Shown: in pieces, positions 1 to 10,245 of the stretch
Layout: each line of letters opens with the position of its first letter
Numbering within the stretch: the stretch's first letter is position 1
Assembly (NCBI GenBank): GCA_034658655.1
Contig: JAYEFQ010000026.1
Coordinates: forward strand, 1 to 57,094
From: Bacteroidota bacterium
GTDB lineage: Bacteria; Bacteroidota; Bacteroidia; Bacteroidales; ML635J-15
Direction of reading: 5' to 3'
Length of the DNA stretch: 57,094 nt
The notes under the pieces: generated by a model
Told to the model about the DNA's origin: nothing
Databases searched by the model: none
Seen by the model: only the letters and a program-made list of their open reading frames with translations
Program-made: the position numbers and the translations under genes

Positions 1-127
1 GAATGGAAAACTTGCCGGTGGCGGAGATGCTGCGCCTGGTGTCTATTATTACATTATCAAAGCCATTGGTATGGATGCTGTTGAATACGATTTAACTGGT
101 CCGTTCCATCTAGTAAGAGAGAAATAA
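1..127 (+). CDS. 3' end of a protein with a gliding-motility-associated (type B T9SS) C-terminal domain, partial
   Basis: Frame from nt 2 reads NGKLAGGGDAAPGVYYYIIKAIGMDAVEYDLTGPFHLVREK*, matching the 'G..PGVYYY.I...G.F.L.R' pattern of CHU_C/TIGR04131-type tails. Confidence 0.75.
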   Translation, partial: NGKLAGGGDAAPGVYYYIIKAIGMDAVEYDLTGPFHLVREK

Positions 128-147
128 CAAAAAAACAATCATAATTT

Positions 148-184
148 AAAAAAGCCATTCGCCTTCCGGTGAGTGGCTTTTTTA
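148..184 (+). terminator. Intrinsic terminator
   Basis: aaagccattc-N10-gagtggcttt stem (one G-U pair) followed by a T-run, just after the partial CDS. Confidence 0.75.
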
Positions 185-253
185 ATATAAAAACATTTCA
201 ATATGTAAATGATAATTTGTTACCTTTACATTTCAAAATAACAAAGAGTAGTT

Positions 254-3200
254 ATGCGTTTTTATTATTTACTAATTTACCTTGCAATTACAGTCTCTAC
301 TGCATTTGTAAGTGTAGCCCAATCACATTTTAAACCTGCCCCAAATACCATTACTAATGAAACCAATCGTCAACCTGATCGCGCAAGCCGATACGTTTGG
401 GGATTTGACAACTCACAAAACACCCAAACAATACAGGGAAATACCGAACATAAATTTTCCTGTTTTGGAATTGGTATAGCAACATCTGAACTCATAAATT
501 ATTCGAAAATTCTTATTGAATATCGAGTAAATAACGGACAATGGATTAAAACCAAGCCCGATTTTTCTCCAGAGACAATTGCTCGCGATAATTTATATTG
601 GACTGATTTACTTTTTACTCCTGGGCAGGAAACAACAAATTCAATCGAAATTCGAGCAGAATTACCACAAGGGATTAGCTTGGATAGTCTGAAACTACAT
701 GTTATTGATATCGATTTCAATCCAAAATCCAAACCTAAAAATCTAAAAAATTACACAAAATCCGGCACCTGTCCTGCGTACCCCTTAGTGATTCCACGAT
801 CTACCTGGCTTGACCCCTACTATACACAACCTGCTTATACACCGACAATCATAAATCCACATCATGTCGTAATACATCACGGAGCAAGTCCCGACACATA
901 CACTGATGGAGCAGCTATTGTCAGAGCATACTGGAATTATCATGTGAATTCAAATGGCTGGTCTGATATTGCATACAATTATTTATCAGATAAAGACGGA
1001 AATTTATATATCGGAAGAATGAATTCCGACCCTGAAAATCAAGATGTCAGAGGAGCACATGCAGGCGCATCAAACAGTGAATCTATCGGCGTAAATTTCC
1101 TTGGAAACTCAGATGTTACTAATCCTACAACAACCCAATTAGAGGCTGTTTATCAATTACTCGGGTGGTGGTTTAATGCACGTGGATTTGACCCCCTATC
1201 ATCTGCAAATATCACCCTGCAAAGTGGCGGAACAGCTTCTGTTCCTAGAATCTTAGGACACAAGGATGTTAATATTGGCGGAACATCTTGTCCCGGAGAT
1301 GCACTATATGCTTTACTCGACGATATCAGAAACGGGACTCAAGCTGCCATTGATGCATGTAATTCTCTTTATGTTTATGGAACAAGCTATGGTGATTTCA
1401 TTGATGGAGTTCAATTAGATGGAAATAGCACAAACGATATTTCCAACCTAAATACTGGGGCAACTAACGGACCATCTTACACAGATTATTCACCAACACA
1501 TAGTGCAGAATTAACACAAGCACAAACCTATACTTTAAGTATCACAAATGGAGATTATAGTGACGAAACCTTAGCCGCTTGGATTGATTACGATCATGAT
1601 GGACAATTTCAATCCGATGAAAAGTTGGAGGAAATCACTGCCGTAGATGCTAATGTAACAGCAGGAATTACATTCACAGTTCCAGAAACCGCCTTAAGTG
1701 GAGACACAAAAATGCGGATTCGAGCAGTTTGGTCAGACATTAATATCGATGCATCATCAGAGTATTCTTTCGGTGAAGCTGAAGATTATGGCATTACAAT
1801 AATTCCTGCATGTGAAACACCGGGAATACCAACAAATTTAAGCACAACAAATGTTGACAGTGAAAGTGCAGATTTCTCATGGAGTGCCGGCACGCCTTCG
1901 GGCTCAGCAACAGTTTCTTATTATTGGGCAGTTGGATATGCAGGAGATAATGTGAGTTATGATGCCAATTATCTCGAACGTGGACAAACAAGCACCACCA
2001 ATGCAATAACTACAGTAGGTTTAAACTCCGATACAGATTATAAATGGACAGTAATGGCATCAACTTCCTGTGATAACTCGCAATCAGATTATGCAACAGC
2101 TGAGCTTTTCACAACAGGATGTATCACACCCGGTTCACCGCAAAACCTTACAGAAAATAATATTGCAAACACTACGGTGAATTTAGCATGGTTAGCTAAT
2201 ACAATTTTAGGATCGCCTAACATCACATATTATTGGGCAATAAACACAAACTCAACTGTTGATTATGAAAATAATTACTTTCAACGTGGAAGTACAGAAA
2301 ACTTGAACGTCAATTTATATGGCTTAACGCCAGGCACAATTTATTATTGGACAGTACGCACTGAAACATCTTGTGGTGTCGGTAGCACTTCTGGCTACAC
2401 AACCGCTGTAAACTTCACCACAACCGCTGTACCGCAAGATATCATTTGGACAGGAGCCGAAAGCAATGAATGGAACGAAACAAGCAATTGGTCTCCCAAC
2501 CAAATCCCGACAATAAATGACGATGTCATCATTCCTGATGTAAGTTCAGCATCAAACCGGTATCCGATAACTCAATATGATTTAGGCATCAATAATTCAG
2601 GCGCTACAAGAAAATGCAAATCCTTAAATATCGAAGCAAATGCTTCTGTAACACTTACTGGTGGCTCATCCACTGTATATGTGAATGGAAATCTTGATGT
2701 TTTTGGCACACTAAATCATGAATGCGGATCAAACTCAAATAAATTTGAAATAAATAGCGGTGGAAAAGTTGAAGTACATGAAAACGGCATACTAAACATA
2801 GGTAGCAGCTTGTTTACAACAGTTCCAGCAGAAACAATTAATCAATATAATGACATTTCCATTGACAGAGGAACATTAAAAATCAATCCGAATGCCAAGG
2901 TTTTTGTTATGGATAACTTAGTTGTAAAGGACGGCAGCTTACTGATGGAAGGCGGCGAACTGTGGATAAAATACTATGGCGACGGTTCAGCAAACACCTT
3001 AGGATTTGATGTATATGCTGCAGCTACAATAGATATCTCCGGTGGTTCGGTTTACCTCTGTGGACAAGACGATGGAGCCACTGCTCAAATGCTTGATTGG
3101 AATGCATCTGCTAGTGTAACAATTGAAAATGCCGATTTTGTGATTTTGGATGAACAATCTTCTGGTACAAATAACTATACAGGCTTGCTTGATTTCGGCG

Positions 3201-6200
3201 GACATGCAATTTATAATCTTACGATTAACAGACCGTCTGCAAGTACAGCTTTAGCCACCACCAATTGCCAGATTAACAACAAATTAACTCTGGAATCCGG
3301 AACATTTGATCCTGCAGGTTACAATTTATCACTTTATGGAGACCTCCTAAACAATGGAGGAACATTTACCCCACAAGGATCTAGTGTTATCAATTTCTAT
3401 GGCTCCGATAATATTATTGGAGGAACAACAAGCTCTCAAATGGATTTATGCGATGTAGAGTTTCAAGCTGAATCCTCTTACTTGTTTAACCCACAAAATG
3501 TTACAAATTTCAACTTCATGGGATCCTTCCATTTGCTTAGTAACTCTAGCTTAGAAATTGCCTCAGGAAAATATCTTGATATTTATGCTAGTGATAGCGA
3601 AACGGAGTCAGTTTATTTTTATGGAAATTTAACATCCACATCAAATTATGATAATGTAAAAGAAATTGATTTGAATAATGCCTGTAACTTCAGCGGAACA
3701 AATGTTTATGCAGACATAAGAATATATAACGATGTTGTCACATTGGAAACGAATATGACCATTTATGGTGATCTTGAAATTTACAATGGAGGGACAGCAA
3801 GTACACAAGGTGCCCTAACAATAAATTCGAATGAAACACTAACAATTTACGGTGATTTCACAAACAATTATCAGTTTACAGCTGCATCAGGTGCTTTACA
3901 AATGGCAGGAAATGGAAAAATTTATACCGGCAGCAGCGATAACTCTTTAAACGATTTCAACATTTTAAATGGAGCATCTGTTACGATAAATCCTACCAAC
4001 ACAAACGGAGATGTTGACATTAACGGATCATTTGAAGTTCAGTCTGATGCAAGTTTACACATCAGCACAGGAAAGTACTTGGATATTTATAGTGCAGCTG
4101 CCGAAAATGAAAGCATCATTATCAATGGAAACATAAGCTCAGATGACACATTTAACGGAATACAGGAAATTGACATAAATAACACAGTGAATTTATCCGG
4201 AAACGGAAACCTAACTGCAGATTTGCGAATTTTTAATAATGAAACCAGCCTAACATCCGACTTTATTGTGGACGGTGATTTAATCACATTCAAAGGTACA
4301 AGCAGTATGGGGACATTCAATATTGGAGCAAACACACTTACTGTGAATGGTGATTTCGTAAACAATTACCGATTTGATAAAGGAAGCGGAACGGTAATTT
4401 TTGCAGGAAATTCAAATCAAACCATTAACTCTGGATGTAGCAACTCGGATTGCAATGCAGATTCTGAAGATATCAATTACAGACGTTTCAACCATGTTAT
4501 TGTAGAATGTGCTACTGCCGCTGAAGTAAAAGTTGTAGATACCCACATGCGTGCAGATGGCGACTTTAAACTTAAAAGTGGGACATTCTCTACAGGCGAT
4601 GCAACTTACGGAAAAAAAATAAATATTTATGGAAGCACCACAATCGAAGAAGGAGCAATTTTCAATGTTGGAAACTCAGTATCCACCAGTGGCGACGTTG
4701 CTGATTTTCACAGCGATTTAATTGTCAGAGGCCAAATCACAACGGACAGAGCAATTATTGACGGATTTTCAGAAGTTCGTTCTTACGCTTCCAGACTTTA
4801 TGCCCAAGGCGATGTAGATGAAATTAATTGTGATATGCAGGTTTATCTTTCAGCCGCAACAGAACAACTTAGCGATTTATACATTTCAGGAGACTTAATT
4901 GTACAATCATCAAATGAGTTTACATGCACAAATGCGAATTACACCCTCACAATCGGAGGTCATTTGTACATATATCATGATTTCACACACTATGGAACAG
5001 TAAATCTGTACGGAGATTTTCGTGAAAACACACCAATCGGTGAAGAAGCTGAAATTTGCGATATTGCTTCCTCCACATTTAATATGTACGGAAATCATAG
5101 AATTAATTTTAATCCATCTTCTGGTTTTGGCGATTTGAATATTATGTCAGGCACACGCTCTGTAAATGAAATCGGAGGACATACACCCTATTCTGCGCTG
5201 GACATTAAAGGAAATCTAACCATTGAAAATGGGGCTTCTTTTGATTTTGGAACAGAAGGAAAAAATATTGACATTGAAGGAAACTGGATAGTTGAAGGGA
5301 CAGGCGATTTTGTAACAGCAACACAGAAAGTAAGTTTCACTGGATCCATATCTGACCAATACATTTATATCGACCCAAGCTCTACATCAAGCTTTTATCA
5401 GTTGGATTTAAATAAAACGACAGGAAATCTTATTCTACAATCCGATTGTGAAGTTGACACAAGAATTGACCTTATTAATGGCGGTTTTGATTTGAGTCAA
5501 AACACGCTTTACCTCAGCGGAGGCACAAACTCCATTAATTCATTCATGGATGGAGATCCATATTACGGTTATCTTATCAGTGAAACAGATGATAATCAAA
5601 GTATCTTTAAGCGAAATTTCGGAACAGCAAACTCAAAATATTTCCCATTTGCCAACACATCCGGCGAAAGCCTTGCGATGATTATTACTAACAATAACAG
5701 CGGAGTTGACGACCTTGGTGACGTGCAAATTGCAACTTATCCAACCGGGTCAGACAACACACCTCTCCCATCCACGGTTAATTTTTTGACAGCACCGGAA
5801 ATTACTTCAGATGTGCATGGGCAACTTGTTAACCGTTATTGGCAAATTGATGCAAATGGCACAGTTAATAATGTAAATGTTCAATTTACTTATATTGACG
5901 ATGCTTGGGATAGTTATGCCATGACTGCTCAGCGGTGGAACGGGTCTGCATGGGACGAATCTCCGACAAACTCCAATCACAATAGTACAAATAACACAGT
6001 TACTGTCAGCAATATAGGTGGTTTTTCTCCGTGGGTATTGGTAAAAGATGACTGGGAACTACCTGTAGAACTGTTAAAATTCACAGCTGAGGCAAATGAA
6101 TCAATCGTTGATATCCTTTGGGTAACGTCCAATGAATTCAATAATGAATATTTTGAAATTGAACGCACACTTAACTTTGAAAACATTGAAACCATTCATA

Positions 6201-6649
6201 GAGAAGCCGGAGCCGGTTTTTCAAATCGTGAAATCACATATAAATATACCGATAAAAAACCCTATTCAGGTGTATCATATTACCGTTTAAAACAGGTCGA
6301 TTTTGATGGGGCGATAAGTTATTCTGATTGGCAAGCAATTAACATTCAGGAACACGACACACCACAATTTGATGAATACGGGAATAATTCACGAATGAAA
6401 GTTTTGGGAGTGTATCCAAATCCGACAAATGCACCTCTGCATATTTTAATTGAGTCAGATTCCGCGAAACCAATTCAATACCAAATTTTCCATCAAACCG
6501 GAACACTCATAAAAAATGGTGAACTCAATTTACAAAACGGGAAAACTGAACACACTGTTGATTTGTCTTCCTTAGCAGATGGCATGTATGTTTTAATTTT
6601 AACAGATAAAACAAACAAATCGCAACACAAAATAATTATTGCGAATTAA
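254..6649 (+). CDS. Large T9SS-secreted protein: N-acetylmuramoyl-L-alanine amidase (PGRP/Amidase_2), GEVED domain, two FN3 domains, long beta-helix-like stalk, type A CTD
   Basis: Signal peptide; VIHHG, GWSDIAYNYL, GAHAG..N..SIG and GHKDV..TSCPG amidase motifs; AWIDYDHDG...GEAEDY; LPVELLKF and VYPNP CTD motifs. Confidence 0.85.
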   Translation: MRFYYLLIYLAITVSTAFVSVAQSHFKPAPNTITNETNRQPDRASRYVWGFDNSQNTQTIQGNTEHKFSCFGIGIATSELINYSKILIEYRVNNGQWIKTKPDFSPETIARDNLYWTDLLFTPGQETTNSIEIRAELPQGISLDSLKLHVIDIDFNPKSKPKNLKNYTKSGTCPAYPLVIPRSTWLDPYYTQPAYTPTIINPHHVVIHHGASPDTYTDGAAIVRAYWNYHVNSNGWSDIAYNYLSDKDGNLYIGRMNSDPENQDVRGAHAGASNSESIGVNFLGNSDVTNPTTTQLEAVYQLLGWWFNARGFDPLSSANITLQSGGTASVPRILGHKDVNIGGTSCPGDALYALLDDIRNGTQAAIDACNSLYVYGTSYGDFIDGVQLDGNSTNDISNLNTGATNGPSYTDYSPTHSAELTQAQTYTLSITNGDYSDETLAAWIDYDHDGQFQSDEKLEEITAVDANVTAGITFTVPETALSGDTKMRIRAVWSDINIDASSEYSFGEAEDYGITIIPACETPGIPTNLSTTNVDSESADFSWSAGTPSGSATVSYYWAVGYAGDNVSYDANYLERGQTSTTNAITTVGLNSDTDYKWTVMASTSCDNSQSDYATAELFTTGCITPGSPQNLTENNIANTTVNLAWLANTILGSPNITYYWAINTNSTVDYENNYFQRGSTENLNVNLYGLTPGTIYYWTVRTETSCGVGSTSGYTTAVNFTTTAVPQDIIWTGAESNEWNETSNWSPNQIPTINDDVIIPDVSSASNRYPITQYDLGINNSGATRKCKSLNIEANASVTLTGGSSTVYVNGNLDVFGTLNHECGSNSNKFEINSGGKVEVHENGILNIGSSLFTTVPAETINQYNDISIDRGTLKINPNAKVFVMDNLVVKDGSLLMEGGELWIKYYGDGSANTLGFDVYAAATIDISGGSVYLCGQDDGATAQMLDWNASASVTIENADFVILDEQSSGTNNYTGLLDFGGHAIYNLTINRPSASTALATTNCQINNKLTLESGTFDPAGYNLSLYGDLLNNGGTFTPQGSSVINFYGSDNIIGGTTSSQMDLCDVEFQAESSYLFNPQNVTNFNFMGSFHLLSNSSLEIASGKYLDIYASDSETESVYFYGNLTSTSNYDNVKEIDLNNACNFSGTNVYADIRIYNDVVTLETNMTIYGDLEIYNGGTASTQGALTINSNETLTIYGDFTNNYQFTAASGALQMAGNGKIYTGSSDNSLNDFNILNGASVTINPTNTNGDVDINGSFEVQSDASLHISTGKYLDIYSAAAENESIIINGNISSDDTFNGIQEIDINNTVNLSGNGNLTADLRIFNNETSLTSDFIVDGDLITFKGTSSMGTFNIGANTLTVNGDFVNNYRFDKGSGTVIFAGNSNQTINSGCSNSDCNADSEDINYRRFNHVIVECATAAEVKVVDTHMRADGDFKLKSGTFSTGDATYGKKINIYGSTTIEEGAIFNVGNSVSTSGDVADFHSDLIVRGQITTDRAIIDGFSEVRSYASRLYAQGDVDEINCDMQVYLSAATEQLSDLYISGDLIVQSSNEFTCTNANYTLTIGGHLYIYHDFTHYGTVNLYGDFRENTPIGEEAEICDIASSTFNMYGNHRINFNPSSGFGDLNIMSGTRSVNEIGGHTPYSALDIKGNLTIENGASFDFGTEGKNIDIEGNWIVEGTGDFVTATQKVSFTGSISDQYIYIDPSSTSSFYQLDLNKTTGNLILQSDCEVDTRIDLINGGFDLSQNTLYLSGGTNSINSFMDGDPYYGYLISETDDNQSIFKRNFGTANSKYFPFANTSGESLAMIITNNNSGVDDLGDVQIATYPTGSDNTPLPSTVNFLTAPEITSDVHGQLVNRYWQIDANGTVNNVNVQFTYIDDAWDSYAMTAQRWNGSAWDESPTNSNHNSTNNTVTVSNIGGFSPWVLVKDDWELPVELLKFTAEANESIVDILWVTSNEFNNEYFEIERTLNFENIETIHREAGAGFSNREITYKYTDKKPYSGVSYYRLKQVDFDGAISYSDWQAINIQEHDTPQFDEYGNNSRMKVLGVYPNPTNAPLHILIESDSAKPIQYQIFHQTGTLIKNGELNLQNGKTEHTVDLSSLADGMYVLILTDKTNKSQHKIIIAN

Positions 6650-6661
6650 TACCTTTCATTT

Positions 6662-6694
6662 AGTGGTTGTTAAGAAATAAGCTTAACAACCACT
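6662..6694 (+). terminator. Stem-loop downstream of the amidase gene, probable terminator
   Basis: agtggttgttaag/cttaacaaccact 13-bp inverted repeat, 12 nt after the stop; weak U-tract. Confidence 0.5.
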
Positions 6695-6909
6695 TAGACA
6701 TTGTTACAAAATAATAAATTACAAATCACAGTAACCCAGTAAATTATAATAATAAACACTAATGTCCGCTAAAAACAAAATAACGAATTTCAAATTAATG
6801 AGATTCAACATATTAGGCTAATTTTTGTTTAGAATTAATAAAAACAAAGAGCAATAAATTTGGTGGCTAACTAAAAATTAACGTTCTTTGTCTTAAGTTT
6901 GGATATTTT

Positions 6910-8544
6910 ATGAAAAACAGACAAAATTTAAGTGCGATGCACTTTCCGGCACTGCTGGAAAACAATCGACAAAAATTTGGGGACCGTTCAGCCCTTGGTT
7001 TCGACCAAGAAACTTATTTGAGCTATGCAGAAGTGCACAAAGCTATACAGGCGAATCAGGTCAGATTGAAAAAACATGGCATCCAACCCGGAGACAAAGT
7101 AGCAGTTTTTGCTGCAAATAGTCCTCAATGGGGAATTGCTTATTTTGCAATTGTCAGTATGGGAGCAATTGTCGTTCCAATGATTGCTGAATTGGAACAA
7201 CATGAAATCGACACAATTTTAGAACACTCCGAGTCAAAAGCAATTTTTGCTTCGCAACGTTTGATGGAGAAAGTCCATAAAACAAATGCTAATTCGCTTA
7301 AAGAGCGCATTGTACTGGACAATATTTTATCAGATGTGCAGCATTCAGAAGAAGCTAAAGCCTATGATATGTCTATTGTCAACGAAGATGATTTAGCTGC
7401 TATTTTATACACATCTGGCGCAACCGGAACCCCAAAAGCTGTGATGCTTACTCATGGTAATTTAATTACAAATACCATTCAGGGAGATATTGTTCAGCCT
7501 GGAAATGAAAACGACCGCTTTTTATCTGTATTGCCTCTTGCACATACCTATGAAAACACCTTAGGGTTGCTGCTTCCAACACTGAACGGTTCATGTGTAA
7601 CCTATTTAAGGAAACTACCTACTGCAACGGTTTTACTTCCTGCAATGAAACGGGTAAAACCGACATTCATGTTAACTGTTCCATTGATTATTGAGAAAGT
7701 GACACGGAAAAAAGTGTTCGCAAAATTTGAAAAAGGCGGAATTATTACAGCCTTATATAAAATTAGACCAATTCAATTTCTTTTACACCGTATTGCGGGA
7801 AAGAAAATTTATGAAGCTTTTGGCGGACATTTGAAGTTTTTTGGTATTGGCGGTGCGAAAGTGGATAAAAAAGTGGAACAATTCCTACGGGATGCTAAAT
7901 TCCCCTATGCAATCGGTTATGGATTAACTGAGACAGCTCCACTATCTGCCGGAAGCAATCCAGAATTTACAAACCTGCAATCAACCGGTCCATCAGTTGA
8001 AGGTGTTGATATCAAAATTTCTAACGGAGAACATGGTGGCACTCCAGGAGAAATTCTCATTAAAGGACCAAACGTAATGAAAGGATATTATAAAAATCCT
8101 GAGTTAACAGCAGAAGTTTTCACAAGCGATGGTTATTTCCGTTCTGGAGATTTGGGCGAATTTGATAATGCCGGCAATTTATTTCTAAAAGGTCGATCAA
8201 AAAACATGATTCTCGGCTCAAACGGAGAAAATATTTATCCTGAAGACATTGAATCTTTGATTAACAACTTTTCTTTTGTTACCGAATCGATTGTGGTTGA
8301 GCGTAAAGGGAAACTTGTTGCATTAGTGCATTTTGACAAATCAGAAATCGAAGATAAATTCCAAAATTTTAAAGATGATATTCAGGCAATTGTTGAAAAA
8401 AAGCTAGATGAATTAAGTGAAGAATTACAGCAATTTGTTAATTCTAAAGTAAATAAACATTCTCGCTTACAAACAATTGTTGTGCATGCAACAGAATTTG
8501 AGAAAACTGCAACTCGTAAAATCAAACGATTTAAATACGCGTAA
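6910..8544 (+). CDS. Long-chain fatty-acid--CoA ligase (AMP-binding)
   Basis: YTSGATGTPKAV, GYGLTET and SGDLG motifs; GENIYPE. Confidence 0.9.
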   Translation: MKNRQNLSAMHFPALLENNRQKFGDRSALGFDQETYLSYAEVHKAIQANQVRLKKHGIQPGDKVAVFAANSPQWGIAYFAIVSMGAIVVPMIAELEQHEIDTILEHSESKAIFASQRLMEKVHKTNANSLKERIVLDNILSDVQHSEEAKAYDMSIVNEDDLAAILYTSGATGTPKAVMLTHGNLITNTIQGDIVQPGNENDRFLSVLPLAHTYENTLGLLLPTLNGSCVTYLRKLPTATVLLPAMKRVKPTFMLTVPLIIEKVTRKKVFAKFEKGGIITALYKIRPIQFLLHRIAGKKIYEAFGGHLKFFGIGGAKVDKKVEQFLRDAKFPYAIGYGLTETAPLSAGSNPEFTNLQSTGPSVEGVDIKISNGEHGGTPGEILIKGPNVMKGYYKNPELTAEVFTSDGYFRSGDLGEFDNAGNLFLKGRSKNMILGSNGENIYPEDIESLINNFSFVTESIVVERKGKLVALVHFDKSEIEDKFQNFKDDIQAIVEKKLDELSEELQQFVNSKVNKHSRLQTIVVHATEFEKTATRKIKRFKYA

Positions 8545-8565
8545 AACTTAAAAAAGATATTTACG

Positions 8566-8600
8566 AAAAGGGCTGTCTAAAATTTAGACAGCCCTTTTTT
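8566..8600. terminator. Bidirectional intrinsic terminator between convergent genes
   Basis: aaaagggctgtctaa-aat-ttagacagccctttttt. Confidence 0.9.
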
Positions 8601-8619
8601 ATTTCCTAGAATTTGTATA

Positions 8620-9996
8620 TTATGCTTTCTCTAATTCAACCGTAAAGTGTCGCATAATTGGTGCTTCCCAAGTTATATTATATCCACTTGTAATTTTATC
8701 ACGACGATCAAACACATTTTTTAGTGCCACAGCAATTACATCCATATGATTATTTGTATATGCACGACGTGGAATAGCCAATCGAAGCAATTCTAAATCG
8801 GGATAACGATTTTCACGAGTTTCCGGATCACGGTCGGCCAATAAAGTGCCAATTTCAACACCACGAATTCCGGCTTCAAGATACAATTCAACACCCAGTG
8901 TTTGTGCCCGATATTGTTCCTTCGGGACATTGCACAATACCTTAGCAGCATCAACAAAAACAGCATGTCCACCAATAGGATGCTGAACAGGCACTCCGTA
9001 TTCGATCAATTTATTTCCGAGATATTCAACTTGTTTAATGCGAGTTTCCAGATAATCAAACTCAGTACTTTCATCAAGTCCAACAGCAAGTGCACTCATA
9101 TCACGACCTGCCATTCCTCCATAAGTAATATATCCTTCAAACATAATATTAAAAGTACTGCATTGACGGTGTAATTCTTTATCATTCATGCCAATAAAAC
9201 CCCCGATATTAACGAGTCCATCTTTTTTGGAACTCATTGTCATCATATCGGCATATTGATACATGTCCTTAACAATAGCTTTAATCGACTTGTTTTCGTA
9301 CCCTTTTTCGCGCATCTTGATAAAATACGCATTTTCGGCAAAACGTGCAGAATCAAACATTGTGGGGACATCGTACTTTTTGCTCAATTCATAAACTGCT
9401 TTTAAATTCTCAATACTTACGGGCTGTCCACCACTTGAATTACAAGTTACGGTAACACAAATAAACGGGATTTTTTCTTTAGGATTTTCTTTCAGTACTT
9501 TTTCCAGTTTATTTAGATCGATATTTCCCTTAAAAGGATGTTCTACTTCAGTATCAAAAGCCTCATCAATAGTACAATCCACAGCTTTTGCTTTACGAAA
9601 CTCAATATGCCCTTTTGTGGTATCAAAATGTGAATTACCAGGAACAATATCTCCAGCTTTCACTAAAACAGAAAACAATACATTTTCAGCAGCTCTACCT
9701 TGATGAGTTGGTAGAAAATAGGGGAATCCGAATATTTTCTCAATGCTATCCTTTAACTCATAAAATGAACGGGCACCGGCATAGCTTTCGTCGCCCATCA
9801 TCATAGCAGACCACTGTCTATCACTCATTGCTCCGGTTCCGCTATCTGTCAACAAATCAATAAAAACTTGTTCGCTTCTAAGATTAAAAAGATTAAATTT
9901 CGCCTCTTTTATCCACTTTTCACGTTGTTCGCGTGTAGTTTTGCTCAAAGGCTCAACCATCTTAATTTTATAAGATTCTGAGAATGGAATTTCCAT
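8620..9996 (-). CDS. tnaA: Tryptophanase (PLP-dependent tryptophan indole-lyase)
   Basis: IDLLTDSGTGAM, THQGRAAE, SSKKDG (PLP lysine), ELLRLAIPRR and MRHF motifs; resembles Bacteroidota TnaA rather than tyrosine phenol-lyase. Confidence 0.88.
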   Translation of the reverse strand: MEIPFSESYKIKMVEPLSKTTREQREKWIKEAKFNLFNLRSEQVFIDLLTDSGTGAMSDRQWSAMMMGDESYAGARSFYELKDSIEKIFGFPYFLPTHQGRAAENVLFSVLVKAGDIVPGNSHFDTTKGHIEFRKAKAVDCTIDEAFDTEVEHPFKGNIDLNKLEKVLKENPKEKIPFICVTVTCNSSGGQPVSIENLKAVYELSKKYDVPTMFDSARFAENAYFIKMREKGYENKSIKAIVKDMYQYADMMTMSSKKDGLVNIGGFIGMNDKELHRQCSTFNIMFEGYITYGGMAGRDMSALAVGLDESTEFDYLETRIKQVEYLGNKLIEYGVPVQHPIGGHAVFVDAAKVLCNVPKEQYRAQTLGVELYLEAGIRGVEIGTLLADRDPETRENRYPDLELLRLAIPRRAYTNNHMDVIAVALKNVFDRRDKITSGYNITWEAPIMRHFTVELEKA

Positions 9997-10043
9997 AATA
10001 TTTTATTTTTAAAAAAAATTTAACAAATGATTATTTTTCACAC

Positions 10044-10130
10044 TTATTGGCGGGAATCGCAATAAAACTCATCACGATTTTTAATGTTGCGATACACATC
10101 TTTAGCTCTTATGCCGATTACTTTAAGCAT
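10044..10130 (-). CDS. Candidate 28-aa leader peptide upstream of tnaA (MLKVIGIRAKDVYRNIKNRDEFYCDSRQ)
   Basis: ATG in an A-rich context (aataaaaataaaaATG) just downstream of a TAnnTTTG box; ends 47 nt before tnaA; translation unproven. Confidence 0.3.
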   Translation of the reverse strand: MLKVIGIRAKDVYRNIKNRDEFYCDSRQ

Positions 10131-10151
10131 TTTTATTTTTATTCATATTAA

Positions 10152-10159
10152 CAAAAATA
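10152..10159 (-). promoter_or_regulatory. Bacteroidota -7 promoter box for tnaA
   Basis: TATTTTTG matches TAnnTTTG on the minus strand. Confidence 0.5.
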
Positions 10160-10221
10160 CAAAAGTGAAACGAAAAATCAAAGCTTTCTGTTATCACTTT
10201 GCAATATTTATACAATAAAAC

Positions 10222-10229
10222 TAAATTTG
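10222..10229 (+). promoter_or_regulatory. Bacteroidota -7 promoter box
   Basis: TAAATTTG 16 nt upstream of the ATG at 10246. Confidence 0.55.
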
Positions 10230-10245
10230 CACTCAACATAAAGCG

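Noticed and set aside
8601-8630. dif-like site (atttcctagaa...ttatgc)
   Set aside because: The XerC-like arm resembles Firmicute dif, but the spacer is 8 bp, the XerD arm is poor and it overlaps the tnaA stop; probably coincidental
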